A DNA stretch of 64,000 nt from the NCBI GenBank assembly GCA_947365245.1, contig CANAWG010000013.1, positions 2,699-66,698 of the forward strand, written 5' to 3'. The notes under the pieces are model-generated. The model searched no databases and was not told the DNA's origin. It was given only the letters and a program-made list of their open reading frames with translations. The first letter of the stretch is position 1, and each line of letters begins with the position of its first letter. Positions 1 through 9,590 of the stretch are shown in pieces. Origin of the DNA: an uncultured Oscillibacter sp. GTDB lineage: Bacteria > Bacillota > Clostridia > Oscillospirales > Oscillospiraceae. The translations under genes and the position numbers were made by a program.

Positions 1-722
1 GGGACGCCAATAAATTTGAGGTGGTCAAGGACGTGTCTTTCCGGATCCGGGGCGGCGAGATCTTCGCCATCGCCGGCGTCTCCGGAAACGGCCAGGGCGA
101 GCTGGCCGACGCCATCGCCGGCATGCTCAGGGCCTCCGGCGGCACCATCCGCCTGAACGGGGCGGACATCACCGACAGCTCCATCCGCCAGCGGGTGGAG
201 GCCGGCGTCAGCTACATCCCGGAGGACCGCCACGGCGTGGGCGTGTTTATGGACTTCGACCTCTCTCAGAACCTGGCCCTGCGGCGGTACTACCGCCCGC
301 CCTTTGCCAAAAAGGGTATTTTGGATTTCGATCAGTTCGACGGCTACGCCCAGCGCCTCATCGAGGAGTACGACATCCGCAGCGGGCAGGGGGGCAGGAC
401 TTCTCTGCGCTCCATGAGCGGCGGCAACCAGCAAAAGGCCATCATCGCCCGGGAGATCGAACAGCACGCCAGCCTCATCATCTTCGTCCAGCCCACCCGG
501 GGATTGGACATCGGCGCCATTGAGAACATCCACCGCCAGATCATCGCCGAGCGGGACAAGGGCGCGGCGGTGCTGCTGATCTCCCTGGAGCTGGACGAGA
601 TCATGGAGCTGGCTGACACCATCGGCGTCATCTACAACGGACAGCTCTTGAAGATCGCCGAGGCCTCCACCATGACCTCCCACGACGTGGGCAAATATAT
701 GATGGGGGTGAAAGAGGCATGA
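1..722 (+). CDS. ABC transporter ATP-binding protein, C-terminal part (second NBD of a BMP/nucleoside-sugar type importer); 5' end lies outside the window
   Basis: Frame is open from the window edge. Walker A-like GVSGNGQGE, signature MSGGNQQK, Walker B LIIFVQPTRGLD. The stop overlaps the next start (ATGA at 719-722). Confidence 0.85.
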   Translation, partial: DANKFEVVKDVSFRIRGGEIFAIAGVSGNGQGELADAIAGMLRASGGTIRLNGADITDSSIRQRVEAGVSYIPEDRHGVGVFMDFDLSQNLALRRYYRPPFAKKGILDFDQFDGYAQRLIEEYDIRSGQGGRTSLRSMSGGNQQKAIIAREIEQHASLIIFVQPTRGLDIGAIENIHRQIIAERDKGAAVLLISLELDEIMELADTIGVIYNGQLLKIAEASTMTSHDVGKYMMGVKEA

Positions 723-1888
723 AGAAAGCCATCGACAAACTGGCCCGGGCCCTGGACGACCACCGCTGGGGCTCCCTGTGGGTCTCCCTTTTGAGCATCT
801 TCCTCAGCCTCGTCTGCGCCAGCATCATTTTGCTGGTTATGGGCAAAAATCCCCTGGCGGCCTTTCAGAGCTTCCTCCAGGGGGCCGGCTTCTGGCCCAA
901 GGCCAGCTACGGCGGCGGCACGGGAATGCTGACGGACCTGTTCTCTTTCCTGAACATTCTGGCCCCCATGATTCTGGCGTCCCTCAGCTTCATCGTGGGC
1001 TTCAAGGCGGGCCTTTTCAACATCGGCATCTCCGGGCAGATGCTGGCCTCCGGGTATCTGGCCATCTCCATCGTGGGATACAGCCAGCTGAACGCGGTTC
1101 TGGCCAAGCCCCTGGTGATTTTGATCGGCGTGGCGGCCGGCGGCCTTTTGGGCGTGTTCATCGGTTTTTTGAAGTACAAATTCAATATCCATGAGGTGGT
1201 CTCCACCATTATGGTAAACCACATCATCAACTATCTCACAGGCTTCTTCATCAACACGTACTACGCCGACCCCCTGACCCGGACTATGAAGATCTGCGGC
1301 AGCCACGCCCGCCTCACCTGGACCAACGTGCAGTTGGCGGGGGTGAAGTGCAATGTCCCCCTGGGGCTGGCGCTGGCGCTGCTGGCGGCTTTCGCGGTGA
1401 AGTTCATCTTCGACAAGACGGTCTTCGGCTTCGAGCTGCGGGCCGTGGGTCAGAATCCCACCTGCGCCCGGTACACCGGCATCAGGGTGGGCAGCCGCAT
1501 CATGGCCTCCATGATGCTCTCCGGGATGCTGGCGGGCCTGGCCGGTGTCACCTATTACTGCGGCTGCTACAACACCATCGTCCCCAAGGTCCTGCCGGAC
1601 CTGGGCTATGACGCCATCGCCGTGGCGCTGCTGGGCAACTCCAGCCCCATCGGCGCCATCTTCGCGGCCATCCTCATCAGCATCTTCCAGACAGGCAGCA
1701 ACTACATGAGCTCCTCCATGGGTGTCGCCAAGGAGATCGCGTCTTTGATCACCGGCATATTGCTGCTGTTCTCCGCCTGCGGCGGATTCTTCCGCCTGAT
1801 GGCCCGCCGCCGTCTGGACCGGGCGGCGGACGAGGCGGCGCCGCCTGCCTCCGAATCGGGAAAGGAGGGTGCGCCCCATGCTGGATAA
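719..1888 (+). CDS. ABC transporter permease (BMP-family/nucleoside-type)
   Basis: 389-aa polytopic hydrophobic protein, translationally coupled to the ATPase; typical sugar/nucleoside ABC permease composition. Confidence 0.8.
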   Translation: MKKAIDKLARALDDHRWGSLWVSLLSIFLSLVCASIILLVMGKNPLAAFQSFLQGAGFWPKASYGGGTGMLTDLFSFLNILAPMILASLSFIVGFKAGLFNIGISGQMLASGYLAISIVGYSQLNAVLAKPLVILIGVAAGGLLGVFIGFLKYKFNIHEVVSTIMVNHIINYLTGFFINTYYADPLTRTMKICGSHARLTWTNVQLAGVKCNVPLGLALALLAAFAVKFIFDKTVFGFELRAVGQNPTCARYTGIRVGSRIMASMMLSGMLAGLAGVTYYCGCYNTIVPKVLPDLGYDAIAVALLGNSSPIGAIFAAILISIFQTGSNYMSSSMGVAKEIASLITGILLLFSACGGFFRLMARRRLDRAADEAAPPASESGKEGAPHAG

Positions 1889-2843
1889 GGTCTTTATCGA
1901 CGGGCTGTCCTTTGCGGCTCCGCTGTTCATCATGGCCATCGGCGCCATCTACTCGGAAAAGAGCGGCGTCACCAACCTGGCCATCGACGGACTCCAGGGC
2001 TTCGGCGCGTTCGTGGGCGCCCTGGCGGCCGTGATCCTGGCCCCCCTCATGGGCGAGGGGAACCAGGCTATCATCTACATCGCCATGGCGGCGGCCTTTG
2101 TCGGCGGCGGGCTGTACGCCTGCGTCCACGCGCTGCTGTGCGTCAAGTTCCGGGCCAACCAGGTCATCAGCGGCGTGGTGGTGAACATCCTGGCCATGTC
2201 CCTGACCACGTTCCTCACCACCGCCATGAACAAGGCCCTCACCGGCGGCCAGTCCTCCAACAAGTTTATCCTGGGCATCTCCAGCCGGTTCGACTTCCCG
2301 GTCCTGTGCAAAATCCCGGTGCTGGGGGCGCTGTTCCGGAACATGTATCCCTTTGAGTGGATCATCCTGGCCATCAGCGTGGCGGCCTGGTATCTGATGT
2401 ACAAGACCCGGTTCGGCATGCACCTGCGGGCCTGCGGGGAGAACCCCCAGGCGGTGGACGCCGCCGGCGGCGACGTGGCCCGGACGCGCTTTGTGGCGGT
2501 GATGCTCTCCGGAGCCCTCTCCGGTGTGGGCGGCATGTGCTTTGCCTACTCCATCTCCGCCAACTTCTCCCCCAACATCTACATGGGCTACGGCTACCTG
2601 GCCATCGCCGCCATGATCTTCGGCAACTGGAACATCCTGCCCACGGCGGCGGTCTGCCTCTTCTTCGGCCTGGCCAAGTCCGGCGGATACCAGCTGTGCC
2701 TGCGCATGGGGCTGCCCAGCAACTACTCCGATCTCTTTATGATGCTGCCCTACATCCTCACGCTGCTGCTGCTGGCGTTCTTCTCCAAGAAGAACCATCC
2801 TCCCGCCGCGGCCGGCGAGGCCTACGACAAGGGAAAGCGGTAA
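1878..2843 (+). CDS. ABC transporter permease (second permease of the same importer)
   Basis: Hydrophobic multi-TM ORF. ATG at 1878 follows AAGGAGGG (1862-1869); the track start at 1869 (GTG) lies inside that RBS. Confidence 0.8.
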   Translation: MLDKVFIDGLSFAAPLFIMAIGAIYSEKSGVTNLAIDGLQGFGAFVGALAAVILAPLMGEGNQAIIYIAMAAAFVGGGLYACVHALLCVKFRANQVISGVVVNILAMSLTTFLTTAMNKALTGGQSSNKFILGISSRFDFPVLCKIPVLGALFRNMYPFEWIILAISVAAWYLMYKTRFGMHLRACGENPQAVDAAGGDVARTRFVAVMLSGALSGVGGMCFAYSISANFSPNIYMGYGYLAIAAMIFGNWNILPTAAVCLFFGLAKSGGYQLCLRMGLPSNYSDLFMMLPYILTLLLLAFFSKKNHPPAAAGEAYDKGKR

Positions 2844-2853
2844 ATACAGGTGA

Positions 2854-2884
2854 AAGAGGCGCCCTGTCCGGGCGCCTCTTTTTC
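2854..2884 (+). terminator. Intrinsic terminator of the ABC importer operon
   Basis: AAGAGGCGCCC-tgtcc-GGGCGCCTCTT stem followed by a T-run, 11 nt after the stop. Confidence 0.8.
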
Positions 2885-3030
2885 GGGGCCGCCGGCTCCG
2901 GTAAAAAACACGCCTGCGGCGCACAATTGTCCGCCATATAGAAATACACAAAGGTTGCGCGCGGAACCGGCGATCTTTTGGAACAGTTACTAAAATCGGG
3001 AAGAGGGGCCGGTTTTCCTGGTGAAAAACG

Positions 3031-3060
3031 TTGACAGGGGAATCTTTTCGGCCGTATAAT
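3031..3060 (+). promoter_or_regulatory. Sigma-A type promoter upstream of gltB
   Basis: Consensus TTGACA (3031-3036), 18-nt spacer, consensus TATAAT (3055-3060). Confidence 0.6.
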
Positions 3061-3073
3061 ACGAGCTGTGAGA

Positions 3074-3121
3074 GAGCGGCGGGCCCTCCCGGAGGGCTCT
3101 CCGCTCGTTTTTTCATTTTTT
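3074..3121 (+). terminator. Terminator-like GC hairpin plus double T-run inside the gltB leader (possible attenuator)
   Basis: GAGCGGCGGGCCCTCC / GGAGGGCTCTCCGCTC arms followed by TTTTTTCATTTTTT. It lies between the predicted -10 and the gltB ATG at 3141. Confidence 0.55.
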
Positions 3122-3140
3122 CAGCGAACGGAGTGGTTTT

Positions 3141-6100
3141 ATGTCATTTGTTTCGCCGCTGTACAGCCCTCAATTCGAGCACGACGCCTGCGGCATCGGC
3201 GCGGTGGTGGACATCGGAGGGCGGCGGTCCCACGAGACCGTGGACAAGGCCCTGCAGATTGTGGAGAAGCTGGAGCACCGCGCCGGAAAGGACGCCGCCG
3301 GGGAGACCGGCGACGGCGTGGGTCTTTTGATGCAGATTCCCCACAGGCTGATGAAGCGGGCGGCGGCCCAGGCGGAGATCTCCCTGGGGGAGGCCCGGGA
3401 CTACGGCGTGGGGATGTTCTTCTTCCCTCTGGACCCGCTCAAGCGGGCCCAGGCCAAGAAGATGCTGGAGATCATCGCGAACAAGGAGGGACTGACTTTC
3501 CTGGGCTGGCGGGACGTGCCGGTGCACCCCGAGGTGCTGGGGGAGCGGGCGAGAAGCTGCATGCCCCATATCTGCCAGTGCTTTGTGGCGCGCCCGGAGG
3601 ACTGTCCCCGGGGGCTGGACTTTGACCGGCGGCTGTATGTGGTCCGGCGGGTGTTTGAGCAGTCCAACGTCAACACCTACATCCCCTCTTTCTCCAGCAG
3701 GACCATTGTCTACAAGGGGATGTTCCTGGTGGGGCAGCTGCGCCAGTTCTACGCCGATCTGACGGATCCGGACTGCGAGAGCGCCATCGCCCTGGTCCAC
3801 TCCCGTTTCTCCACCAACACCACTCCCTCCTGGGAGCGGGCCCACCCTAACCGCTACATCCTCCACAACGGGGAGATCAACACCATCCGGGGCAATGTGG
3901 ACCGGATGCTGGCCCGGGAGGAGACCATGTTCTCTCCCGTCATGGACGAGGACATGGACAAGATCCTGCCTGTGGTGGATCAGAGCGGGTCCGACTCCTC
4001 CATGCTGGATAACACGCTGGAGTTTTTGATGATGAACGGCGTGGAGCTTCCCAAGGCGGTGATGCTCTGCATCCCGGAGCCCTGGGCGCGGGACGGGCAG
4101 ATGTCCCGGGAAAAGCGGGATTTTTACCACTATTACGCCACCATGATGGAGCCCTGGGACGGCCCCGCCGCCATCGTCTTCTCCGACGGCGACACCGTGG
4201 GCGCGGTGCTGGACCGCAACGGCCTGCGGCCCTGCCGGTGGTATCTCACCGACGAGAACCAGCTGATCCTCTCCTCGGAGGTGGGCGTGCTGGACGTCGC
4301 CCCGGAGCACATTGTGAAAAAGTCCCGCCTCCAGCCGGGGCGGATGCTGCTGGCGGACCTGCGCCAGGGCCGGCTGGTGGACGACAGCGAGCTGAAAGAG
4401 CGCTGCGCCCGCTGCCAGCCCTACGGCGAGTGGCTGGACGCCAACCTGATCCGCCTCCGGGACCTCCCCATCCCCAACAAGCGGGTGGAGACTCACTCCC
4501 AGGAGCTGCGGGACCGGCTGTACAAGGCCTTTGGCTACACTTATGAGGAGGTGAAGGACGCCATCCTCCCCATGGCCCGGGACGCCGTGGAGCCCACCTC
4601 CGCCATGGGGGTGGACACGCCGCTGGCGGTGCTCAGCGAGCGCCACCAGCCGCTGTTCAACTACTTCAAGCAGCTCTTCGCCCAGGTGACGAATCCCCCC
4701 ATTGACGCCATCCGAGAGGAGATCGTCACCGACACCACCGTCTACGTGGGGCCCAGCGGCAATCTGCTGGAGGAGAAAGCCTCCAACTGCACCGTATTGC
4801 AGATTCAAAACCCCATTCTCACCTCCGTGGACCTGATGAAGATTCGCCACATGGACCGCCCGGGCTTCCACGTGGAGAACGTCTCCCTGCTCTACTACAA
4901 GGGCTCCCCCCTGGAAAACGCGCTGGACCGCCTTTTGGTGAATGTGGACCGGGCCTATAAGAAAGGGGCCAACATCGTCATCCTCTCCGACCGGGGCGTG
5001 GATGAAAACCACGTGGCCATCCCCTCGCTTTTGGCGGTGAGCGCCCTGGAGCAGTACCTGGTCCGCACCAAAAAGCGCACCGCCGTCTCCCTGGTTCTGG
5101 AGAGCGCGGAGCCCCGGGATGTCCACCACTTCGCCACTCTCCTGGGCTACGGCGCCCAGGCCATCAACCCCTATCTCGCCCAGGAGTGCGTGGAGGAGCT
5201 GGTGGAGCGGGGGCTGCTGGACAAGGAGGCCTCCGTCGCCGTCCGGGACTACAACGAGGCCATCCTCCACGGGATCGTGAAGATCGCCTCCAAGATGGGC
5301 ATCTCCACCATCCAGTCCTACCAGTCCGCCCAGATCTTCGAGTGCGTGGGCATCAACCGCTCCACCGTGGACCGGTATTTCACCAACACCGTCAGCCGCG
5401 TGGAGGGCGTGGGGCTGGAGGAGATCGGCGAGGGTGTGGAGTGGAACCACAACAGGGCCTTTGATCCGCTGGGGCTGGGCTTCGACCCCACGCTGGACTC
5501 CATGGGCATCCACAAGCTCCGCTCCGGGCCGGACAAAGAGGATCACATGTACAACCCCCGCACGATCCTCCTGCTGCAAAAGGCCGCCCGGGAGGGCAGC
5601 TACGACGACTTCAAGGCCTACAGCGCCCTGGTGGACTTCGCCGACAAGCCCCACACCCTGCGGGGACTGCTGGACTTCCGGTTTGACCCGGACGGCGGCG
5701 TTCCCCTGGAGGAGGTGGAGCCGGTGGAGAGCATCGTCAGGCGCTTTAAGACCGGGGCCATGAGCTACGGCTCCATCTCCCAGGAGGCCCACGAGTGCAT
5801 GGCCGCCGCCATGAACCGCATCGGCGGAAAGTCCAATTCCGGCGAGGGCGGCGAGAGCCGGGAGCGGCTGAACAGCGACCGCCGCTCCGCCATCAAGCAG
5901 GTGGCCTCCGGCCGCTTCGGCGTCACCAGCGAGTATCTGGTCAGCGCCGACGAGATCCAGATCAAGATGGCCCAGGGGGCCAAGCCCGGCGAGGGCGGCC
6001 ACCTGCCGGGGAAAAAGGTGTACCCCTGGATCGCCAAGACCCGCTGCTCCACCCCCGGTGTCACGCTGATTTCCCCGCCGCCCCATCACGACATCTACTC

Positions 6101-7661
6101 CATCGAGGATCTGGCCCAGCTGATCTACGACCTGAAAAACGCCAACCGCTTCGCCCGCATCAGCGTCAAGCTGGTCAGCGAGGCGGGGGTGGGCACCATC
6201 GCCGCCGGCGTCGCCAAGGCCGGGGCCCAGGTGGTGCTGATCTCCGGCCACGACGGCGGCACCGGCGCGGCCCCCCGCAGCTCCATCCAGGGGGCGGGCC
6301 TGCCCTGGGAGCTGGGTGTGGCCGAGGCCCATCAGACCCTGATCCAAAACGGCCTGCGGAGCCAGGTGGCCATCGAGGCCGACGGAAAGCTGATGACGGG
6401 CCGGGATGTGGCCATCGCCTGCATGCTGGGGGCGGAGGAGTTCGGCTTTGCCACGGCGCCGCTGGTGGCCATGGGCTGCTGCATGATGCGGGTGTGCAAT
6501 CTGGACACCTGCCCCGCCGGCATCGCCACCCAGGATCCGGAGCTTCGCAGGCGCTTTGCCGGAAAGCCGGAGTACGTGGTGAATTTCATGACTTTCGTGG
6601 CCCGGGAGCTGCGGGAGTATATGGCCAGGTTGGGTGTGCGCACCGTGGATGAGCTGGTGGGCCGCTGCGATCTTTTACAGGTTCGGGACAAGCTGGTGAC
6701 CCGTCGGGCGGAGACGCTGGACCTTGGCGCCCTGCTGCAAAACCCCTACGGGGACCACGTTCCCCACTTTGACCCCGCCGCCGCCTACGACTTCCACCTG
6801 GAGAGGACGGCGGATATGCGCGTGCTGTTGGAGAAGCTGGGCAAGAGCCTGAAAGGGAGAAAGAGCGGCCGGCTGGAGCTTGCGGTGTCCTCCACGGACC
6901 GGGCTTTCGGCGCCCTTTTCGGCTCGGAGATCACCCGCGTCTGCGGGGGCGGACTGCCGGAGGACAGCTATGTCATCTCCTGCCGGGGCGGCGGGGGACA
7001 GTCTTTCGGCGCGTTTATCCCCAGCGGGCTGACGCTGGAGCTGGAGGGCGACTGCAACGACGGCTTCGGCAAGGGCCTCTCCGGCGGCAAGCTGATTCTC
7101 TACCCGCCCCGGGGCAGCGCTTTCAAGCCCGGGGAGAACATCATCGTGGGCAATGTGGCCCTCTACGGAGCCACCGCCGGCAAGGCCTTTATCTCCGGCT
7201 GCGCGGGGGAGCGGTTCTGTGTGCGCAACTCCGGCGCCGCCGCGGTGGTGGAGGGCGTGGGGGACCACGGCTGCGAGTACATGACCGGCGGCCGGGTGGT
7301 GATCCTGGGGCCCACGGGAAAGAACTTCGCCGCGGGGATGTCCGGCGGCGTGGCCTACGTGCTGGATGAGCGGCACGACCTGTATCTGCGGCTGAACAAG
7401 GGGCAGGTGCAGTTCTCCGAGGTGACGGAGAGCCATGACGCATCGGAGCTGCGGGGCCTGATCGAGGCCCATGTGGCCGCCACCGGCTCCCCCCGGGGGG
7501 AGAAGATTCTGGCGTCGTTCCAGACCTATCTGCCCTGCTTCAAAAAGGTCACGCCCCGGGACTATGACCGGATGCTGCGGGCCATCGCCCAGCAGGAGGA
7601 GAAAGGCATGAGCCGGGAGCAGGCGGAGATCGAGGCGTTTTACGCCACCGCGAGAGTCTGA
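3141..7661 (+). CDS. gltB: Glutamate synthase large subunit
   Basis: 1506 aa. N-terminal Ntn-amidotransferase start MSFVSPLYSPQFEHDACGIG (catalytic Cys), central FMN/Fe-S region (ISPPPHHDIYSIEDL), C-terminal GXGXG beta-helix repeats. Confidence 0.97.
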   Translation: MSFVSPLYSPQFEHDACGIGAVVDIGGRRSHETVDKALQIVEKLEHRAGKDAAGETGDGVGLLMQIPHRLMKRAAAQAEISLGEARDYGVGMFFFPLDPLKRAQAKKMLEIIANKEGLTFLGWRDVPVHPEVLGERARSCMPHICQCFVARPEDCPRGLDFDRRLYVVRRVFEQSNVNTYIPSFSSRTIVYKGMFLVGQLRQFYADLTDPDCESAIALVHSRFSTNTTPSWERAHPNRYILHNGEINTIRGNVDRMLAREETMFSPVMDEDMDKILPVVDQSGSDSSMLDNTLEFLMMNGVELPKAVMLCIPEPWARDGQMSREKRDFYHYYATMMEPWDGPAAIVFSDGDTVGAVLDRNGLRPCRWYLTDENQLILSSEVGVLDVAPEHIVKKSRLQPGRMLLADLRQGRLVDDSELKERCARCQPYGEWLDANLIRLRDLPIPNKRVETHSQELRDRLYKAFGYTYEEVKDAILPMARDAVEPTSAMGVDTPLAVLSERHQPLFNYFKQLFAQVTNPPIDAIREEIVTDTTVYVGPSGNLLEEKASNCTVLQIQNPILTSVDLMKIRHMDRPGFHVENVSLLYYKGSPLENALDRLLVNVDRAYKKGANIVILSDRGVDENHVAIPSLLAVSALEQYLVRTKKRTAVSLVLESAEPRDVHHFATLLGYGAQAINPYLAQECVEELVERGLLDKEASVAVRDYNEAILHGIVKIASKMGISTIQSYQSAQIFECVGINRSTVDRYFTNTVSRVEGVGLEEIGEGVEWNHNRAFDPLGLGFDPTLDSMGIHKLRSGPDKEDHMYNPRTILLLQKAAREGSYDDFKAYSALVDFADKPHTLRGLLDFRFDPDGGVPLEEVEPVESIVRRFKTGAMSYGSISQEAHECMAAAMNRIGGKSNSGEGGESRERLNSDRRSAIKQVASGRFGVTSEYLVSADEIQIKMAQGAKPGEGGHLPGKKVYPWIAKTRCSTPGVTLISPPPHHDIYSIEDLAQLIYDLKNANRFARISVKLVSEAGVGTIAAGVAKAGAQVVLISGHDGGTGAAPRSSIQGAGLPWELGVAEAHQTLIQNGLRSQVAIEADGKLMTGRDVAIACMLGAEEFGFATAPLVAMGCCMMRVCNLDTCPAGIATQDPELRRRFAGKPEYVVNFMTFVARELREYMARLGVRTVDELVGRCDLLQVRDKLVTRRAETLDLGALLQNPYGDHVPHFDPAAAYDFHLERTADMRVLLEKLGKSLKGRKSGRLELAVSSTDRAFGALFGSEITRVCGGGLPEDSYVISCRGGGGQSFGAFIPSGLTLELEGDCNDGFGKGLSGGKLILYPPRGSAFKPGENIIVGNVALYGATAGKAFISGCAGERFCVRNSGAAAVVEGVGDHGCEYMTGGRVVILGPTGKNFAAGMSGGVAYVLDERHDLYLRLNKGQVQFSEVTESHDASELRGLIEAHVAATGSPRGEKILASFQTYLPCFKKVTPRDYDRMLRAIAQQEEKGMSREQAEIEAFYATARV

Positions 7662-7675
7662 GGAGGGAGGAGAAC

Positions 7676-9070
7676 ATGGGTAAGATCACCGGATTTTTGG
7701 ACTATGCCCGGCAGGAAGCGGCGGACCGGCCGCCCCTGGAGCGGGTGAAGGACTGGCTTCCCTTCCACAGTGCCCTGCCGGAGTCCCTCCGCCGGGAGCA
7801 GGGGGGGCGCTGTATGGACTGCGGCGTTCCTTTCTGCCAGTCCGGCATCCAGTGGGAGGGGAGCGCCTTTGGCTGTCCTCTGCACAATCTGATCCCCGAG
7901 TGGAACGATATGATCTACGCGGGGAATCCCTCCCATGCCCTGAGCCGCCTGCTGAAAACCAACAATTTCCCGGAGTTTACCGGGCGGGTCTGCCCCGCCC
8001 CCTGCGAGCGGGCCTGTATCTGCGGCGTCTGGGGCGACGCCGTGACCATCCGGGACAACGAGCTCAGCGTCATCGAGGGGGCCTTTGCCGCCGGGACGGT
8101 GAGGCGCCGCCGCCCGCCCCAGTGGTCCGGGAAGAAAGTGGCGGTGGTGGGCTCCGGCCCCGCGGGCCTGGCGGCGGCGGACCAGCTGAATCACCGGGGC
8201 CACTCCGTCACCGTCATCGAGCGGGAGCAGCGGCCCGGGGGACTTCTGACCTACGGCATCCCCAACATGAAGCTGCCCAAGGAGATCGTAAAGCGCCGGA
8301 TCGACCTGATGATTGACGAGGGTGTCAGCTTCGTCACCGGCGTGGACGCGGCGGACCGTCAGGTGGCGGCGCGGCTGCTGCGGGACTATGACGCGGTCAT
8401 TCTCTGCTGCGGGGCGGAGCGCCCCCGTCCCCTGGGCTTGGAGACGGAGGGCATTGCCGGCGTCTGCTTCGGCACGGAGTTTTTGAAAGCCGCTGTGGAG
8501 CGGCAGCACTTCGGTTTGACGCCGGATCTCCCCACAGCGGAGGGCCGGGACGTGGTGATCGTGGGTACCGGCGACACCGCCTCGGACTGTGTGGCCACGG
8601 CCCTGCGGCAGGGCTGCCGGTCCGTGGTGCAGCTGGTGCGCCGCCCGGAGGAGGACTACCTGCAAAATGGCGCGCTTCCCCGGGACTACGCCCACCAGGA
8701 GGCCGCCGCCGTCCTGGGCGCGGACCCCAGGCGCTTTGGCGTGCAGCTCAAGGAGCTGACGGCGGAGGGCGGCGCGCTGACGGCCGTGACCACCACGGAC
8801 GGCGATACGCTGCCCTGCTCGCTGCTGATTGCCGCCACAGGTTTTGCCGGGTGCGCGGGCGGCGTGTGCGAGGCCTTTGGCGTGGAGTATGACCGGACGG
8901 TCCGGACGGCGGAGGGGAGCTTCGCCGCCGGTGTGGAGAAAGTCTTTGCCGCCGGGGATATGCGCCGCGGCCAGTCCCTGGTGGTGTGGGCCATCGCCGA
9001 GGGCCGCAGCGCCGCCGCGGAGGTGGACGCGTACCTCAACGGCTGTACCAACCTGGTACGGGCGCTGTAG
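7676..9070 (+). CDS. gltD: Glutamate synthase small subunit (NAD(P)H-dependent oxidoreductase)
   Basis: 464 aa. N-terminal Cys clusters (CMDCGVPFC, CPAPCE), dinucleotide fold VAVVGSGPAGLAAA; sits directly downstream of gltB. Confidence 0.95.
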   Translation: MGKITGFLDYARQEAADRPPLERVKDWLPFHSALPESLRREQGGRCMDCGVPFCQSGIQWEGSAFGCPLHNLIPEWNDMIYAGNPSHALSRLLKTNNFPEFTGRVCPAPCERACICGVWGDAVTIRDNELSVIEGAFAAGTVRRRRPPQWSGKKVAVVGSGPAGLAAADQLNHRGHSVTVIEREQRPGGLLTYGIPNMKLPKEIVKRRIDLMIDEGVSFVTGVDAADRQVAARLLRDYDAVILCCGAERPRPLGLETEGIAGVCFGTEFLKAAVERQHFGLTPDLPTAEGRDVVIVGTGDTASDCVATALRQGCRSVVQLVRRPEEDYLQNGALPRDYAHQEAAAVLGADPRRFGVQLKELTAEGGALTAVTTTDGDTLPCSLLIAATGFAGCAGGVCEAFGVEYDRTVRTAEGSFAAGVEKVFAAGDMRRGQSLVVWAIAEGRSAAAEVDAYLNGCTNLVRAL

Positions 9071-9436
9071 ACCGGCCCCAGGGCTGGTGCGGGCGTCCCG
9101 CGCACAGCATACTGCGCGGATTATACGGCCCGGTTCGGCAAGCCCGAGGGCATCCATCGGCTGACCCATGCCCAGCGCGCCGCCAGAGGCGAAAGCTTCG
9201 CGATCACGACTGGCCGCGGCGGGCATGAAATACGCGGCGGCCATTGCGGCCAAACAGCCGGAAGTGGAGATCTCCGAGTACAAGATCGACGCTTTTATAC
9301 CGGTTTCCGTGGCGGCGCGGCTGATGGAGCTGTACGCGGAACAATGAGCACGTGTTGATTTCCTCCCGAAAGAGTACAGGGGACGCCTGGGGGAGACATG
9401 GGAGAAGCCCGGCGGCACGGGCCGCTTGGGATAGGG

Positions 9437-9491
9437 AAAAGCGGAAGCATGAAACAGTCCGATCTGTTCCATGCTTCCGCTTTCGTTTTCC
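9437..9491. terminator. Long hairpin between the convergent gltD and histidine-kinase genes (probable bidirectional terminator)
   Basis: About 17-bp stem GCGGAAGCATGAAACAG / CTGTTCCATGCTTCCGC, flanked by an A-run upstream and a T-rich tract downstream. Confidence 0.65.
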
Positions 9492-9590
9492 CCACACGTC
9501 CGGCGCGCGCTCCCGCCATTGCGGCGCGTCCGCTTCCGGGCTGCGTTGGTTCCGGTACCATCCGGCGGGGAATATCTCAACGCAGGCGGA

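Noticed and set aside
2885-3030. GlnR/TnrA-type box (TGTNA-N7-TNACA) upstream of gltB.
   Set aside because: TGTCCGCCATATAGAAATACA has the wrong spacing (21 bp overall). No convincing site was found.
3144-6347. 1067-aa ORF antisense to gltB. Similar long antisense or off-frame ORFs occur at 632-1948, 1749-3116, 7640-9580, 14606-16237, 15936-17627, 27346-29634, 31032-33701, 33745-35496, 36430-38373, 53459-56071 and 59308-60846.
   Set aside because: All overlap well-supported genes on the other strand or frame. They translate to Arg/Gly/Pro/His-rich low-complexity sequence with no motifs. Stop-poor alternative frames are expected in GC-rich DNA.
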